Of a stretch of DNA of 64,000 nucleotides, positions 41,287-51,940 are shown piece after piece. The notes beneath the pieces were generated by a model. It was given only the letters and a program-made list of their open reading frames with translations. It ran no database searches and had not been told where the DNA came from. Source of the stretch: Bdellovibrionales bacterium (lineage in GTDB: Bacteria; Bdellovibrionota; Bdellovibrionia; Bdellovibrionales; UBA1609); NCBI GenBank assembly GCA_043764155.1, contig JAYUKW010000013.1, forward strand, positions 59,683 through 123,682, read 5' to 3'. Each line of letters starts with the position of its first letter. Position 1 is the first letter of the stretch. The position numbers and the translations under genes were made by a program.

Positions 41287-41487
41287 TTTAAAAAATTAAA
41301 TCCTAGTAAGCCAGCCACCCATCTTTAGTCTAGGTTTGTTATATCCAAAATAACGAATTCACTAATGAAAATTTGATTTATTTGTATATACTTAAGACTG
41401 GTTAGTTTACGATCGCATTAATTTAAATCATTGTGCTCATAAATTTAGATACATATTTAAATTAATTTATATATTATTGGAGTCGAC

Positions 41488-43170
41488 TTGAAATCTATTG
41501 GTATCGATATTGGAACATACAGCATCAAAGTTGCTGAAGTGAATTACAATGCCAAGTCTTTTCAACTTGCAGGATTTAAAGAGTATCACTTAAGTCTTGA
41601 TCCCACGATCGACAAAGACATCGAAATCCTAGAAATTTTACGACAAATATATGAGCAAAATAAACTGACATCTGACATAATTTATGTGGCAGGTCTTCCC
41701 ACTCTAAAAACCAGTTTGCACCGTCTGGCTCAACCGCCGGCGCTAAAGTTCAAGTTACTAGAAAGTTTACCTTTTGTGCTTTCTGATATCTCGCCCATTG
41801 ATCCAGACGACGCTGTTTATGATTTAAAAATTCTTAAATCTCATCCCAATGGATTTGATGTGCTGGCTGTAGCCGCAAAAAAAGCAGTGATTAAAAAAAG
41901 ACTTCAAATTTTTAAGGATGCTGGCATTGATCCTAAAATTTTAAGTGTCGAGGGCGTGGCCTTAAATAACGTCTTCGAAAATATTTTTGGAAATATCGAC
42001 AAGACTTTGCTTCCGATTGCATTTGATGATGATTTTATTGATAGCAAAGACGAATCCCTGTCTCAGAATTTTATTCAAGGTGAAGCTTTACTTGAAATCG
42101 GACACACCTCTTCGATTTTATTAGTCAGAAGCTTAGGTGGATTATGTGAACTCCGCGAACTGAGTTTTGGGGGCCACGACTTGATCGATAGCATTTGTAA
42201 AGAGTACCGCATCCACTACAAAGAAGCGGCTGCTGTTTTAATGAACTCAGGCGTTATCGCTTTAACTAAGAATGATGTTTCAACAGAAGCTTTAAGATTA
42301 TCGAACACTCTTAAATCCGCCATTGAACCCTTTTCAACTCAACTTAAACTTTCGCTTCTTGAAATAAAAAGCAAAAGAAAAGTTCATGTTGTAGGTCTTG
42401 GACTTTTAGGTGGTGGTTCGCAACTCAAAAACCTTGGGCCTTATTTAACTCAGCAATTGCAAATCGCAGTGAATACGATCTCAGGTCTTCATCATTTTCC
42501 GGAATTAAATTTTCAGGGCGACAGCAGTAAACAATTAAATGTGATAGTGGCGTTAGGTTTGGCTTTAGAAGGAGCTAAAAAACCTAAAAATCCGGCTTTG
42601 AATTTAAGACGAAAAGAATTTGCTATTAAAAATAAAAATTTACAGGCTTTTGTTGAAAAATGGGCCTTCGCTATGCAGATTGCAGCCGCAGCATTTGTAC
42701 TTGTTATGGGTTGGACTTATTTTAGAAATCAGTGGGCGGTTCAGCTGTCTGATATAGCTTTAGACCAAATGAAAAAAGAAGGCGCTTTAGTGACTGGACT
42801 TAAACCAGTTCAAATTAGCACCTCTAGACTCGAAAAATATATTCGTTCCGCTGAAGAAAAAGCCCAGATCATTGAAAAATTAAAAGAGCTTAAAAACTTT
42901 AAACAAGCCGCTCATTACATTCGTCAGCTTCACGATTTAGCGCCCACAAAAAGCCGTCTTAGCTTAGACATTGATGTGTTAGATATTTCAAATCAAAAAC
43001 TGACTTTAAAAGGCAGAACAGGATCAACATCGCAACTTTTAGCCTTAGAAGAATTACTTAAATCCTTATCTGTTAGAGGCGCTCTAGATGAAAGAAAAGT
43101 TTTTGAACCCAACACCACGGGCGAAACTCCGTTTAATTATCAAATCCGAATCCATCCTTTAAAAAATTAG
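41488..43170 (+). CDS. gspL: T2SS GspL / PilM-like actin-fold protein with TM and periplasmic tail
   Basis: IGIDIGTYSIKV, GGGS, NLR before the TM, operon position. Confidence 0.8.
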   Translation: MKSIGIDIGTYSIKVAEVNYNAKSFQLAGFKEYHLSLDPTIDKDIEILEILRQIYEQNKLTSDIIYVAGLPTLKTSLHRLAQPPALKFKLLESLPFVLSDISPIDPDDAVYDLKILKSHPNGFDVLAVAAKKAVIKKRLQIFKDAGIDPKILSVEGVALNNVFENIFGNIDKTLLPIAFDDDFIDSKDESLSQNFIQGEALLEIGHTSSILLVRSLGGLCELRELSFGGHDLIDSICKEYRIHYKEAAAVLMNSGVIALTKNDVSTEALRLSNTLKSAIEPFSTQLKLSLLEIKSKRKVHVVGLGLLGGGSQLKNLGPYLTQQLQIAVNTISGLHHFPELNFQGDSSKQLNVIVALGLALEGAKKPKNPALNLRRKEFAIKNKNLQAFVEKWAFAMQIAAAAFVLVMGWTYFRNQWAVQLSDIALDQMKKEGALVTGLKPVQISTSRLEKYIRSAEEKAQIIEKLKELKNFKQAAHYIRQLHDLAPTKSRLSLDIDVLDISNQKLTLKGRTGSTSQLLALEELLKSLSVRGALDERKVFEPNTTGETPFNYQIRIHPLKN

Positions 43171-43200
43171 ATTAAACATCACCAGAGAGACTTAAAACTT

Positions 43201-43854
43201 ATGGCCTTTGAAAATTTATCAGAACAGATCAAAGAATCTTTACAATCTCTGAAGTCTAGAATCACAGAAACAGAATCTTTTAATAGGCTGGAAGAGTCCT
43301 ACAATAATCTTCCCCCTAGACAACAAAAACTAATTTTAGTTTTAGGAAGTTTTATTGTTTTAGTTTTATTAATTAATATTCCTATCCAGTCTTTTTTACT
43401 GTCTAAGGAAAACCTAACGACTTACAAAGATCAAAAACAAATTGTTCAACGCTTAAATCAAGCGGTTAGACTGAATAATCAATCTGACTTTAAACCTCAA
43501 AGCTATAGTCTGTCCCAACTTCAAGGGGATTTATTAAACAGAATGACAGCCTTTCAAGTCACTGACAGCCAGTTTAAAATAGACATGGGAACACCTGATA
43601 TCACCGGCATACCTAAGAAAGTTCAGACCGCAGGATTTAGTCTTAAGCTGACTAATCTAAACGTCAGACAGATTTCTAAAATAGCAAATATGCTAGAAAA
43701 TTTTAGTGACTCGATCTTAGTCACTGGATTTAAAACCACGGCCAGTGAACAAGATCCCCATTACTTTAATACAGATATTGAGCTGCTAAATTTTTCTATT
43801 CAAGACGACCAGCCCTCAGACGGAATTAACGCCGCCCCATTTAGAGGCCGATAA
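43201..43854 (+). CDS. gspM: T2SS GspM-like protein
   Basis: L.PRQQ followed by a TM, located after gspL. Confidence 0.7.
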   Translation: MAFENLSEQIKESLQSLKSRITETESFNRLEESYNNLPPRQQKLILVLGSFIVLVLLINIPIQSFLLSKENLTTYKDQKQIVQRLNQAVRLNNQSDFKPQSYSLSQLQGDLLNRMTAFQVTDSQFKIDMGTPDITGIPKKVQTAGFSLKLTNLNVRQISKIANMLENFSDSILVTGFKTTASEQDPHYFNTDIELLNFSIQDDQPSDGINAAPFRGR

Positions 43855-44859
43855 ATGGAGGCCTTACGCACGTACCTAATCAATCCTATTTTAAATGTTT
43901 TAAAATTTCATAAATTTAAAATATTTTTTGTTTTTTTCTTAACACTTATTTTTTATATTGTACTTTTCCCCTATTATCAGCTTTCAGGATTAATTGAATC
44001 CCAGATCAGTAAAGCCAGCCGCGGGCAGACCCAGGTGTCTTTTAGCGATTTAAGCTTAAGTGTGATTCCCTTTGGAATTTCCGCAAACAATATTTCAATC
44101 TTTACACCCCAAATGCCGTCGGCTTTATTTATAAAAAAAGCTGTGATCCGTCCTTCGATTGGCGCCCTTTTAAGATTTAAAAAAGGCGGGGTTTTACAAG
44201 CTGAAAATATTTTTGGTGGTGATTTAATTTTAAACTTTTCAGATCTTGGACAAGGGACTTCAAAAAATAAAGAGTCTGAAATGGTTCAAATCACGTCACA
44301 ATTTAAAAACATTAATTTAAATAAACTAGCCACTTGGTACAAAGCGCCTTTTTCAACATCTGGTTTGTTATCTGGAAATTTTGATTTTAAATTAGACTTG
44401 AAAGCGTTCGAGCAGCCTTTGGGCGCATTTCAAATGCTAGGTCAAAAAGTTCAACTGCCCTCTTCAATTAAATTAGGCCAAATGGATTTACTTCTGCCTG
44501 AAGGGGAAATGAAAAAGATTGATTTCAAAGGCAAACTGGCTAACGGCCAACTGACTGTTTTAGAAAGTATTTTAGGGGCCCCAAGTGATGTCATAAATGG
44601 CAAAGTAAAAGGTTCTATGGGTCTGACTCTGGTGTCTTCTGGGGGGCGACTTCAACCTCGCCCCTCACAGTATGATTATTCTTTAGACTTAAATTTAGAT
44701 AAAAAAACTGAGCAAAAAATTGGAACACTTTTAACTACTGTTCTTTTAAATGGCAAAGGCGGAAAATCCCCTACGGTTGACGGGGGCGCGCGTTACCTTT
44801 TAAGTATTAAAGGATTTCCGGGATCTGCTCCGAATATTGAACCCTTGTCTTCCTTTTAA
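43855..44859 (+). CDS. gspN: T2SS GspN-like protein
   Basis: N-terminal TM ending LFP, beta-rich body, last gene of the cluster. Confidence 0.7.
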   Translation: MEALRTYLINPILNVLKFHKFKIFFVFFLTLIFYIVLFPYYQLSGLIESQISKASRGQTQVSFSDLSLSVIPFGISANNISIFTPQMPSALFIKKAVIRPSIGALLRFKKGGVLQAENIFGGDLILNFSDLGQGTSKNKESEMVQITSQFKNINLNKLATWYKAPFSTSGLLSGNFDFKLDLKAFEQPLGAFQMLGQKVQLPSSIKLGQMDLLLPEGEMKKIDFKGKLANGQLTVLESILGAPSDVINGKVKGSMGLTLVSSGGRLQPRPSQYDYSLDLNLDKKTEQKIGTLLTTVLLNGKGGKSPTVDGGARYLLSIKGFPGSAPNIEPLSSF

Positions 44860-44952
44860 GGCTTGATGCGGCGTTGAGAGCTTTTAATAGTGTTTGCTAT
44901 ATCACTTCCTGTGAATAGAATAAGTCTTTAAATCAAAAAGGGAGTCACGCAC

Positions 44953-45402
44953 ATGTCTGGAATTAATAAAGTTATTATCATTGGCCGTTTAGGATCTGAT
45001 CCTGAAGTTAAAACTATTTCTACTGGTAACACAGTGACACGTTTGAGTCTTGCGACAAGCGAAACATGGTTGGATAAAGAAGGTCAAAAACAGGAACGCA
45101 CAGAATGGCACCGCGTGGTTGTCTGGGGCAAGCTAGCAGAACTTTGTGGAAAGTATTTAGCCAAAGGTCGCCAAGCTTATGTTGAAGGTCGCCTTCAAAC
45201 TCGTTCATGGGAAGATCAGCAAGGACAAAAAAAATACACAACTGAAGTTGTAGCGACATCTGTGCAGTTTTTGGGTTCAACTCAAGGCGCTTCACAAGAT
45301 GGGGGTTACGCCCAATCTTCTGGTGGTGGATCTTCATCAAATCCGTTTGATGATTTTGGACCAGAGCCTTCTTTTAATAGCTCAGAAGAAATTCCATTTT
45401 AA
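44953..45402 (+). CDS. ssb: Single-stranded DNA-binding protein
   Basis: [32 protein letters not shown]-terminal EIPF. Confidence 0.97.
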   Translation: MSGINKVIIIGRLGSDPEVKTISTGNTVTRLSLATSETWLDKEGQKQERTEWHRVVVWGKLAELCGKYLAKGRQAYVEGRLQTRSWEDQQGQKKYTTEVVATSVQFLGSTQGASQDGGYAQSSGGGSSSNPFDDFGPEPSFNSSEEIPF

Positions 45403-45583
45403 TTTATAAAATAAATTAAGGGTCTGCTGATTTTCATCAACTCACACACAGATCCTTATTATTGGGTCCAGTTTTTATGTCTTAAATGCTTAGAACTTGG
45501 ACCAGATTATTTAACGAAATTGATATCTTAAATCTTTTCTGATTCAATGAAGTAAGAGTTGACTAGCCTGGGGGCTTTACTTC

Positions 45584-46555
45584 ATGAACGTATCATCAAA
45601 ATTTATACTCGCACTTATTTTCGTATTTTTCTTTAACGCCTTTAGCGATGCGTTTGCAGCCCAAGTGGCCGCTGTCAAAGGTAAACAGGTTTTAATTATC
45701 GGAGACAACCTTGAAAAAGGGTCTCTTTATTTTGTTGTTATTGCAGGTAAGAAAAAAGGAATCGTAAAAGTCCTAAATATTAAAGGCAGAAAGGCTTTAG
45801 CTAACCTTTTAAAAGGAACGGCAGCAAAAGGGGCCACTTTAGTTTTTAGACCTTCAAAATCAAAAGCCAGTTCGCAGGTCGGGTCCACCAGATCTACCGC
45901 ACCTGAAAGCTCTAGTGAAAAATCAACTGAGGACTCAACTCAAAATTCAACTCAAGATTACGGCGCTTACAGTGACGATTCAAAACCTAAGTATTCAAAT
46001 GAGTCCGGGGGCTATAAAGCGAGTAATAAAAAAATGCGCGGAGTTGGTCTTATGTTAGCTTACCAAATGAATAAAGCGGACATCGACTTTGCTCCGCCAG
46101 CAGGGTCTGGATCTTTATCTGGTTCTGGTATTGGGTTTAAACTTCTTGGGGATTACGAATTCACTAAAACGATTCACTTAAGAGGCGAATTCGGAACTGT
46201 TCCTTTTAACGCTGAAGGTGGAAATCAGTGCGCAGGTGGTTGTAAAATGGCCATCAACTATTTGGGTGGAACCCTTTGGGCTAGATATATGTTCGGGGAT
46301 TCATCTCAGAAAACTCGTTTTTGGGGCGGAGCAAATGCAAGTTTGATCTTTCCTTTAGGCACCGGTAACACGAATGCCGTCAATGTAGATGACGTTGGAA
46401 GCACACTTATTTTTGGCTTTGGCGGCGGCTTTGATTACAGAATTAATGATAAATATTATATTCCTTTCAGCGCTGAATACACAATGTTTCCTCCGAATGA
46501 TGAAGTCTCTGCCAGTATCATCCAAGTTAAAGCTGGCCTTGGAATGCGCCTCTAG
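45584..46555 (+). CDS. Outer-membrane beta-barrel protein with N-terminal soluble domain and Ser-rich linker
   Basis: Signal peptide, Gly/aromatic beta strands in the C-terminal half. Confidence 0.7.
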   Translation: MNVSSKFILALIFVFFFNAFSDAFAAQVAAVKGKQVLIIGDNLEKGSLYFVVIAGKKKGIVKVLNIKGRKALANLLKGTAAKGATLVFRPSKSKASSQVGSTRSTAPESSSEKSTEDSTQNSTQDYGAYSDDSKPKYSNESGGYKASNKKMRGVGLMLAYQMNKADIDFAPPAGSGSLSGSGIGFKLLGDYEFTKTIHLRGEFGTVPFNAEGGNQCAGGCKMAINYLGGTLWARYMFGDSSQKTRFWGGANASLIFPLGTGNTNAVNVDDVGSTLIFGFGGGFDYRINDKYYIPFSAEYTMFPPNDEVSASIIQVKAGLGMRL

Positions 46556-46623
46556 AAACGCTAAGATAGGTTTGTCTTAACATAATGTTGGGACGACTAA
46601 ATTTAAAAGGTATTAGACTTTAA

Positions 46624-47490
46624 ATGAGACTTAAATCTAAAAATCTATTTTTATCTCTAAGCTTAGTTTTAACTTTTCAAGGCTTGTCACAAAAACTTCA
46701 AGCTCAAACCAATGAAGTCGGCGACGGGTTAGAATCTTCAATTCGCCCAAGACCTAGACCGACTCCTCCGCCTTTGGCTCCTGATAAATCCGCGTCCCCA
46801 CTCGCCCGACCAATTCCTTTTCGAGAATTAATACCCCCCGAGATCGCCAAATTAAAATCACAGTCCTGTCCTGGGACAGAATACTGCCCTGGTTTACCCA
46901 GCAGAGCTTACAGTCCACTATGCTCTGAGTACATCGACGCCAATGGAAACTACGGCGAGACAGGATTACAGATGCTTGAAGCGATGCAAGATATTGAAAA
47001 GGCCCATAGTGCCGATCCTGCAGGATCAAAGACAGCCCAATGTTCTTTTTTTGAAAATATAGATTTAGGTTCTGCGTGTCCTAACTACAAATATTTAACT
47101 GCTCTTCAAAAGCAACATGTTTGGGTTTGGATGTGGGCGACAATTGCTCAGACAGAATCAAGTTGTGATCCAAATGTCGATGCCCGAGGAATTTTTAATG
47201 AAAAACTTGGAAGGTACGAAGTGGCTGACGGGCTTAACGGTTTAGAGCAGCACTTTGATTCACGCGTATCTAATGCACGTGACGCTAGATTTTGTCCTCA
47301 TGATGAAGTCAAAGATACAAAAAATCTTTACTTTCAAACTCGGTGTTCAGCTTCAATAATGTTTGATACGAATTGCAATACAAAAACGAGTATTGTGAAT
47401 GATGAAAGCTATTGGCAGCAATTACAGTATTCAACAAGAAAAGTTCCACAATTCATGCAAAGGCACCCCTTATGCAAAATAATACCATAA
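46624..47490 (+). CDS. Secreted Cys-rich protein, probable lytic transglycosylase/SLT-like domain
   Basis: Signal peptide, Pro-rich linker, WATIAQTESSCDP resembling the SLT catalytic-Glu motif. Confidence 0.55.
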   Translation: MRLKSKNLFLSLSLVLTFQGLSQKLQAQTNEVGDGLESSIRPRPRPTPPPLAPDKSASPLARPIPFRELIPPEIAKLKSQSCPGTEYCPGLPSRAYSPLCSEYIDANGNYGETGLQMLEAMQDIEKAHSADPAGSKTAQCSFFENIDLGSACPNYKYLTALQKQHVWVWMWATIAQTESSCDPNVDARGIFNEKLGRYEVADGLNGLEQHFDSRVSNARDARFCPHDEVKDTKNLYFQTRCSASIMFDTNCNTKTSIVNDESYWQQLQYSTRKVPQFMQRHPLCKIIP

Positions 47491-48080
47491 TCCATTTATT
47501 TAACTTTTTATTTAGTCTTTTATTTACTTTAAAGAATTCAAAAAATCTTTTTGTTAAGATTTTAAATTTTAAATTTATGCGCCTAAATATTATCTTTTTA
47601 ATTTTAGTATTTATGTATTCAAATTCTTTTGCAAAAAAAAATCCTGCGAACAAAGTAGAAATTCCAAATTTATCTATTGGAAACTTGGAGTATCTAAAAT
47701 TAAAAGTATCCAAAGGGATTTATAAAAAAGAGACAGGACCTGACAACTGCATCGAAGGTGAATACAGGCTCATGAAAGATCCAAAATCTGGACGCGTATT
47801 TTTAATGGCAGATGGACAGATTTTTATCAATCACCTAGATCAAAAAGTTGTAAATGCAGGCGACAACGAATGCTTTTTTAGTTACTTTAATACTATAAAT
47901 GAATTGAACGAACTTGAAAGCACAGAAATCCAAAGCTGCTCCCAACCAATTAATATTTCAAGTATTAGGACCCTGAAAATTAAGTTTGAGCCTGAAAAAA
48001 TTCAATATGTTTTTATATTTAAAGATCCTGTCAATAATACAACTAAAAAAACAACCTGCGAGCTTCTAAAAGCCATCTAA
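47412..48080 (+). CDS. Secreted hypothetical protein (start probably MRLNII)
   Basis: Signal peptide ending SFA, paired Cys. Confidence 0.6.
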   Translation: MAAITVFNKKSSTIHAKAPLMQNNTIIHLFNFLFSLLFTLKNSKNLFVKILNFKFMRLNIIFLILVFMYSNSFAKKNPANKVEIPNLSIGNLEYLKLKVSKGIYKKETGPDNCIEGEYRLMKDPKSGRVFLMADGQIFINHLDQKVVNAGDNECFFSYFNTINELNELESTEIQSCSQPINISSIRTLKIKFEPEKIQYVFIFKDPVNNTTKKTTCELLKAI

Positions 48081-48161
48081 TTAAAAAATGACTTAACATG
48101 TTTTGTTTAGTCTGTTTAAGTGCTTTATCAAAACCTATGATTTAAGCACAGGAGCTTTAAA

Positions 48162-49103
48162 ATGGCAGACTTTTCAAGACATATTAATATAAAATTAACC
48201 AAACTTATTTTAGTATTAACTCTGGGATTTTTTTCAATCTCATCAACAGCGGCTGTTTACACCGGAATTACATTCACCGATCAGGAAAAAGCATTACACC
48301 TTTCTAGGATTGATGCTCTGACAACTGAAGCCTCTAAATGTTTAAATGAAACTTACAATGAACATGTTCGCTTTTTTAGAGCCAATAAGGTCAGTAAATA
48401 TTATGGCAATCGAAAATACACTAAGGGTTGGGACTATAAAGTTGCAAATGGGCGACGCCTAACCCCTATCCGTCAGTCTTTGAAAGATAAAGGTTATGAT
48501 CCTAATCTTGAAGATCAAATGGAAAACATGAGCTGTGTGGATTTTGCCAGAAAGTGTTTGGGCCAAGGTTTTAAAAATGTAGGCTTAAGCGACCAGTGGC
48601 AAAAGATCGAACAGTTTAATCCAGATAAGATTGGAAACCGAATGCAGCATGGGCTTCAAGCCCTTGGATGGAAACTTCTTTACTGGAACCCAGACCCTTC
48701 AAAAAACAAAGCGTGGGATCTTGATGACCAAAAAATTGCACCAGGAAATCCATCGAATGTATGGGGTCAAAATGAGGCCCGATATGAAACTGTTCTTAGA
48801 AGTGGAACTTACCTTTATAACCGTGTTGATGATGCAAGAAGCTTAGTGGGCTTTGGAGCTGACCAGCCTCGATTTTTAGAAACCATGAATTTTGGCGTTG
48901 GAACCGCTAACGGCGGATATCATGTGTTCTTAGTCAATAAAACTAATGCGATCGAAGCCCATAGTTCAAGGTCATTATTTTCAATAGATAATTTAGAATT
49001 TAGTCCTTTTAACCCGCTTGCTGACGGCGGCGGTCCACGTTGGACTCCATCAGAAAAATACCGTTCTGGTCTTGTGGTGGTTCCACCAAATACAGAGCTA
49101 TAA
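48162..49103 (+). CDS. Secreted hypothetical protein, possible Cys-His-Glu hydrolase
   Basis: Signal peptide, SCVDF, GYHV, IEAHS. Confidence 0.65.
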   Translation: MADFSRHINIKLTKLILVLTLGFFSISSTAAVYTGITFTDQEKALHLSRIDALTTEASKCLNETYNEHVRFFRANKVSKYYGNRKYTKGWDYKVANGRRLTPIRQSLKDKGYDPNLEDQMENMSCVDFARKCLGQGFKNVGLSDQWQKIEQFNPDKIGNRMQHGLQALGWKLLYWNPDPSKNKAWDLDDQKIAPGNPSNVWGQNEARYETVLRSGTYLYNRVDDARSLVGFGADQPRFLETMNFGVGTANGGYHVFLVNKTNAIEAHSSRSLFSIDNLEFSPFNPLADGGGPRWTPSEKYRSGLVVVPPNTEL

Positions 49104-49152
49104 GTTCTATTCACATATCTACCATCTTAAACATAAATTTATGTTTATATTT

Positions 49153-49183
49153 ACATTCGTTACGGTGGTATAAAAACGGGCAT
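49153..49183 (-). repeat. Family A motif, copy 6 (one arm degenerate)
   Basis: + strand ACATTCG-TTA-CGGTGGT-ATAAAA-ACGG-GCAT. Confidence 0.8.
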
Positions 49184-49256
49184 TCAGCTTAAGGCATTGA
49201 CGTAAAATATCTATCATCATATTTTATTTAAAATTTAAATCTACGAGGGGTGGTTT

Positions 49257-49649
49257 ATGAAATCAATAATTTCTTTTTTAGTATTAATCTTTTCTTCATT
49301 AGCTTTTGCTAAACCAGCAGATATCATTTGCTCAGGATCAAACAGTGGTCAGGCTGTAGAACTTAAAATTGGCATAGATAGTTATGACCAAATTGTTCCT
49401 TCAATAATAGAAATAACACTTGCGAATCAAATTGTTTTTGAATCTTCGGTCATTCTAGAATCTATGGTTAATGTTGGTACAAATGCAGATCCATCTATGA
49501 ATTTAATTTGGACTGCGAATGACGAAGAGTCTAATTTGATCGTTAAATTTCCTGAACAAGACTTCGGAGATGATTTAAAAATAAATATCACTTTAGAAAC
49601 AGATGTTGTTGTTAATAAAATTTCAGAGTTAGAGTTGCTTTGTAATTAA
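49257..49649 (+). CDS. Small acidic secreted orphan protein
   Basis: Signal peptide ending AFA, Cys near both ends, GAGGGG RBS. Confidence 0.7.
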   Translation: MKSIISFLVLIFSSLAFAKPADIICSGSNSGQAVELKIGIDSYDQIVPSIIEITLANQIVFESSVILESMVNVGTNADPSMNLIWTANDEESNLIVKFPEQDFGDDLKINITLETDVVVNKISELELLCN

Positions 49650-49661
49650 ATATTTTTTAAT

Positions 49662-51914
49662 TTAAGATAATGAAATTCTTGTCACACCAATAACTTCAGG
49701 GATTTTTTGAAGGTCTTGCATAACTAAAGCTAAGTGAGACGTGTCTTTTACACTGACGTCAAATAAACAGATGGCTTTATTATCCCTGGTTGTCCGTATT
49801 TGGGCGTTATGAATATTTATACCTTTCGCATGAAACACTTCGCTGAATTTAATCAATAAACCCCGCGTGTCAGTGCTGATGACTCGCACCCTGACCATAC
49901 GGTCCACTTGAGATTTAGCAACGCTCCACTGCACATCTACACGACGCTGCTCATCCATCTCGAACGTGCGGGCACAGTCAGCTCTATGGATTACAATCCC
50001 TCGCCCTAAAGTCACAAATCCAATAATGCTATCACCCGGAATTGGATTACAGCACTTGGCGTAGTGAACTAAAAATTCAGACATTCCGTCAACAATAACG
50101 AGTGATGATGATTTTTTCTTTTTTTCAACAGCCGCTTTAAATGCTTTTTTAAGGTAGCTTGTTTCTTCTTCTTCGGTAGTCACTGTTTTATTTAAGTCTG
50201 GAAACAAATCAATTAAATTTTGTGGAGTGATTTTGCCGTAACCGACTTGCACGCGAAGATCATCTACGGCATTACATCCGCGGTCTTTCATAAACTTTTC
50301 AAGCTCTGGGGATTTGGTGTATTTCGCAAAACTAGAGCCGACTTTTCTAAAGGCCTTATCAATTAAAATCACACCGACTTCAAAAGCTTTTTGTCTTTCT
50401 TCAGTTTTGATGTAAGCACGGATTTTAGTTTTAGCTCGGGACGTGACACATATCTTCAGCCAATCTTTAGATGGTTTTTGTGTGTTTTGCGTGATGATCT
50501 CAACGAAGTCGCCGTTTTTAAGTAAATATCTTAAGGGTACACCCTTGCCATTGATCTTCGCGCCCACGCACTTAATCCCCACCTCTGTATGAACAGAAAA
50601 TGCAAAATCAATTGGAGTCGCCCCATCTGGAAAAGCCTTAACTTCCCCTTTTGGTGTGAAGACATAAATATCACTTTCAAATAAATCAGACTTCACATTT
50701 TCTAAGAACTCATCCGAGTCCCCTGTCTGTTGATGTAGATTAACTAATTCCCGAAGCCAATTAAATTCCTGAGCTGACACCTCACCCGTGTCTTTTCGAC
50801 CGACGGATTCGGTCTCTTTGTACTTCCAGTGAGCGGCAATCCCCTGCTCTGCAACCAAATCCATTTCATCTGTACGAATTTGAATTTCAATACGCTTTAA
50901 TCCTGGCCCAATCACTGTTGTGTGAAGACTTTGATAGTTGTTGGACTTCGGCATTGCAATAAAATCTTTAAATCGTCCTGGAATAGGTCGCCAGACCGAA
51001 TGGATATGTCCTAGCACCTCGTAGCATTCAGACACGGTTGGTAGCACCACCCGAAATGCCAAAACATCATTGACCTGATCGTAATCAATTCCATCACTGA
51101 TCATTTTTTTATGAATGGAATATAAATGTTTTGGACGCCCCTTCACTCTAAATTTTGCTTTCACTCTTTGGGCTAACTCTTTAGAGATATCTCGCTTCAC
51201 ATCTTCAATATATTTTTCACGCTCATTTTTTTTACTTTGAACACGCTGACTTAGATCATAAAAAGCTTCTGGATTCGAAAAACGAAAACTTAAATCTTCA
51301 AGTTCTACCTTAAGCCAGTTAATACCAAGACGACTAGCCAGAGGGGCATAAATGTCTAAGGTTTCAGTGGCAATACGTTCTTGTTTTTCAAAAGGCATAT
51401 GATCTAGGGTGCGCATGTTGTGAAGACGGTCTGCCAATTTTACTAAGACCACTCGAACGTCTTTGCCCATGGCGACGATCATCTTTCTAATATTTTCACC
51501 TTGTTTTTCATGAGTGTGACGAAAGCGCATTTGCGAAATCTTTGTTACCCCATCAACTAAGTGGGCGACTGATGGACCAAATTTAGTTTTGATTTCTTCT
51601 AATGTAGCTTCAGTGTCTTCAACTGTGTCGTGAAGCAAGCCTGTTGCAATAGTATCAACGTCTAGCCTTAGGTGGGCTAGAATAGCGGCAACGCCAAGGG
51701 GGTGGGAAATATAGGGCTCTCCGCTTCGACGTATTTGACCTGTATGAGCTTTTTCTGAGTACTGATAAATTTCTTTTAATCGATCGCAACTAGCTTTGGG
51801 ATTGTAATGCAAAACAATTTCACACAACTCTTCGATGGTTTCAGGAGAATAAGTTTTGTCGAAAAGTTTTTCTTGCATATCCGTAAAGATAACCTCTTTG
51901 TGTAAATATAACAC
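49662..51914 (-). CDS. spoT: Bifunctional (p)ppGpp synthetase/hydrolase (RelA/SpoT)
   Basis: HD domain LLHDTVED, KLADRLHNMRT, YQSLHT, EIQIRT, TGS, CCNP, ACT. Confidence 0.96.
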   Translation of the reverse strand: MLYLHKEVIFTDMQEKLFDKTYSPETIEELCEIVLHYNPKASCDRLKEIYQYSEKAHTGQIRRSGEPYISHPLGVAAILAHLRLDVDTIATGLLHDTVEDTEATLEEIKTKFGPSVAHLVDGVTKISQMRFRHTHEKQGENIRKMIVAMGKDVRVVLVKLADRLHNMRTLDHMPFEKQERIATETLDIYAPLASRLGINWLKVELEDLSFRFSNPEAFYDLSQRVQSKKNEREKYIEDVKRDISKELAQRVKAKFRVKGRPKHLYSIHKKMISDGIDYDQVNDVLAFRVVLPTVSECYEVLGHIHSVWRPIPGRFKDFIAMPKSNNYQSLHTTVIGPGLKRIEIQIRTDEMDLVAEQGIAAHWKYKETESVGRKDTGEVSAQEFNWLRELVNLHQQTGDSDEFLENVKSDLFESDIYVFTPKGEVKAFPDGATPIDFAFSVHTEVGIKCVGAKINGKGVPLRYLLKNGDFVEIITQNTQKPSKDWLKICVTSRAKTKIRAYIKTEERQKAFEVGVILIDKAFRKVGSSFAKYTKSPELEKFMKDRGCNAVDDLRVQVGYGKITPQNLIDLFPDLNKTVTTEEEETSYLKKAFKAAVEKKKKSSSLVIVDGMSEFLVHYAKCCNPIPGDSIIGFVTLGRGIVIHRADCARTFEMDEQRRVDVQWSVAKSQVDRMVRVRVISTDTRGLLIKFSEVFHAKGINIHNAQIRTTRDNKAICLFDVSVKDTSHLALVMQDLQKIPEVIGVTRISLS

Positions 51915-51940
51915 AAAGAATGATTATATGAAATAAGAAC

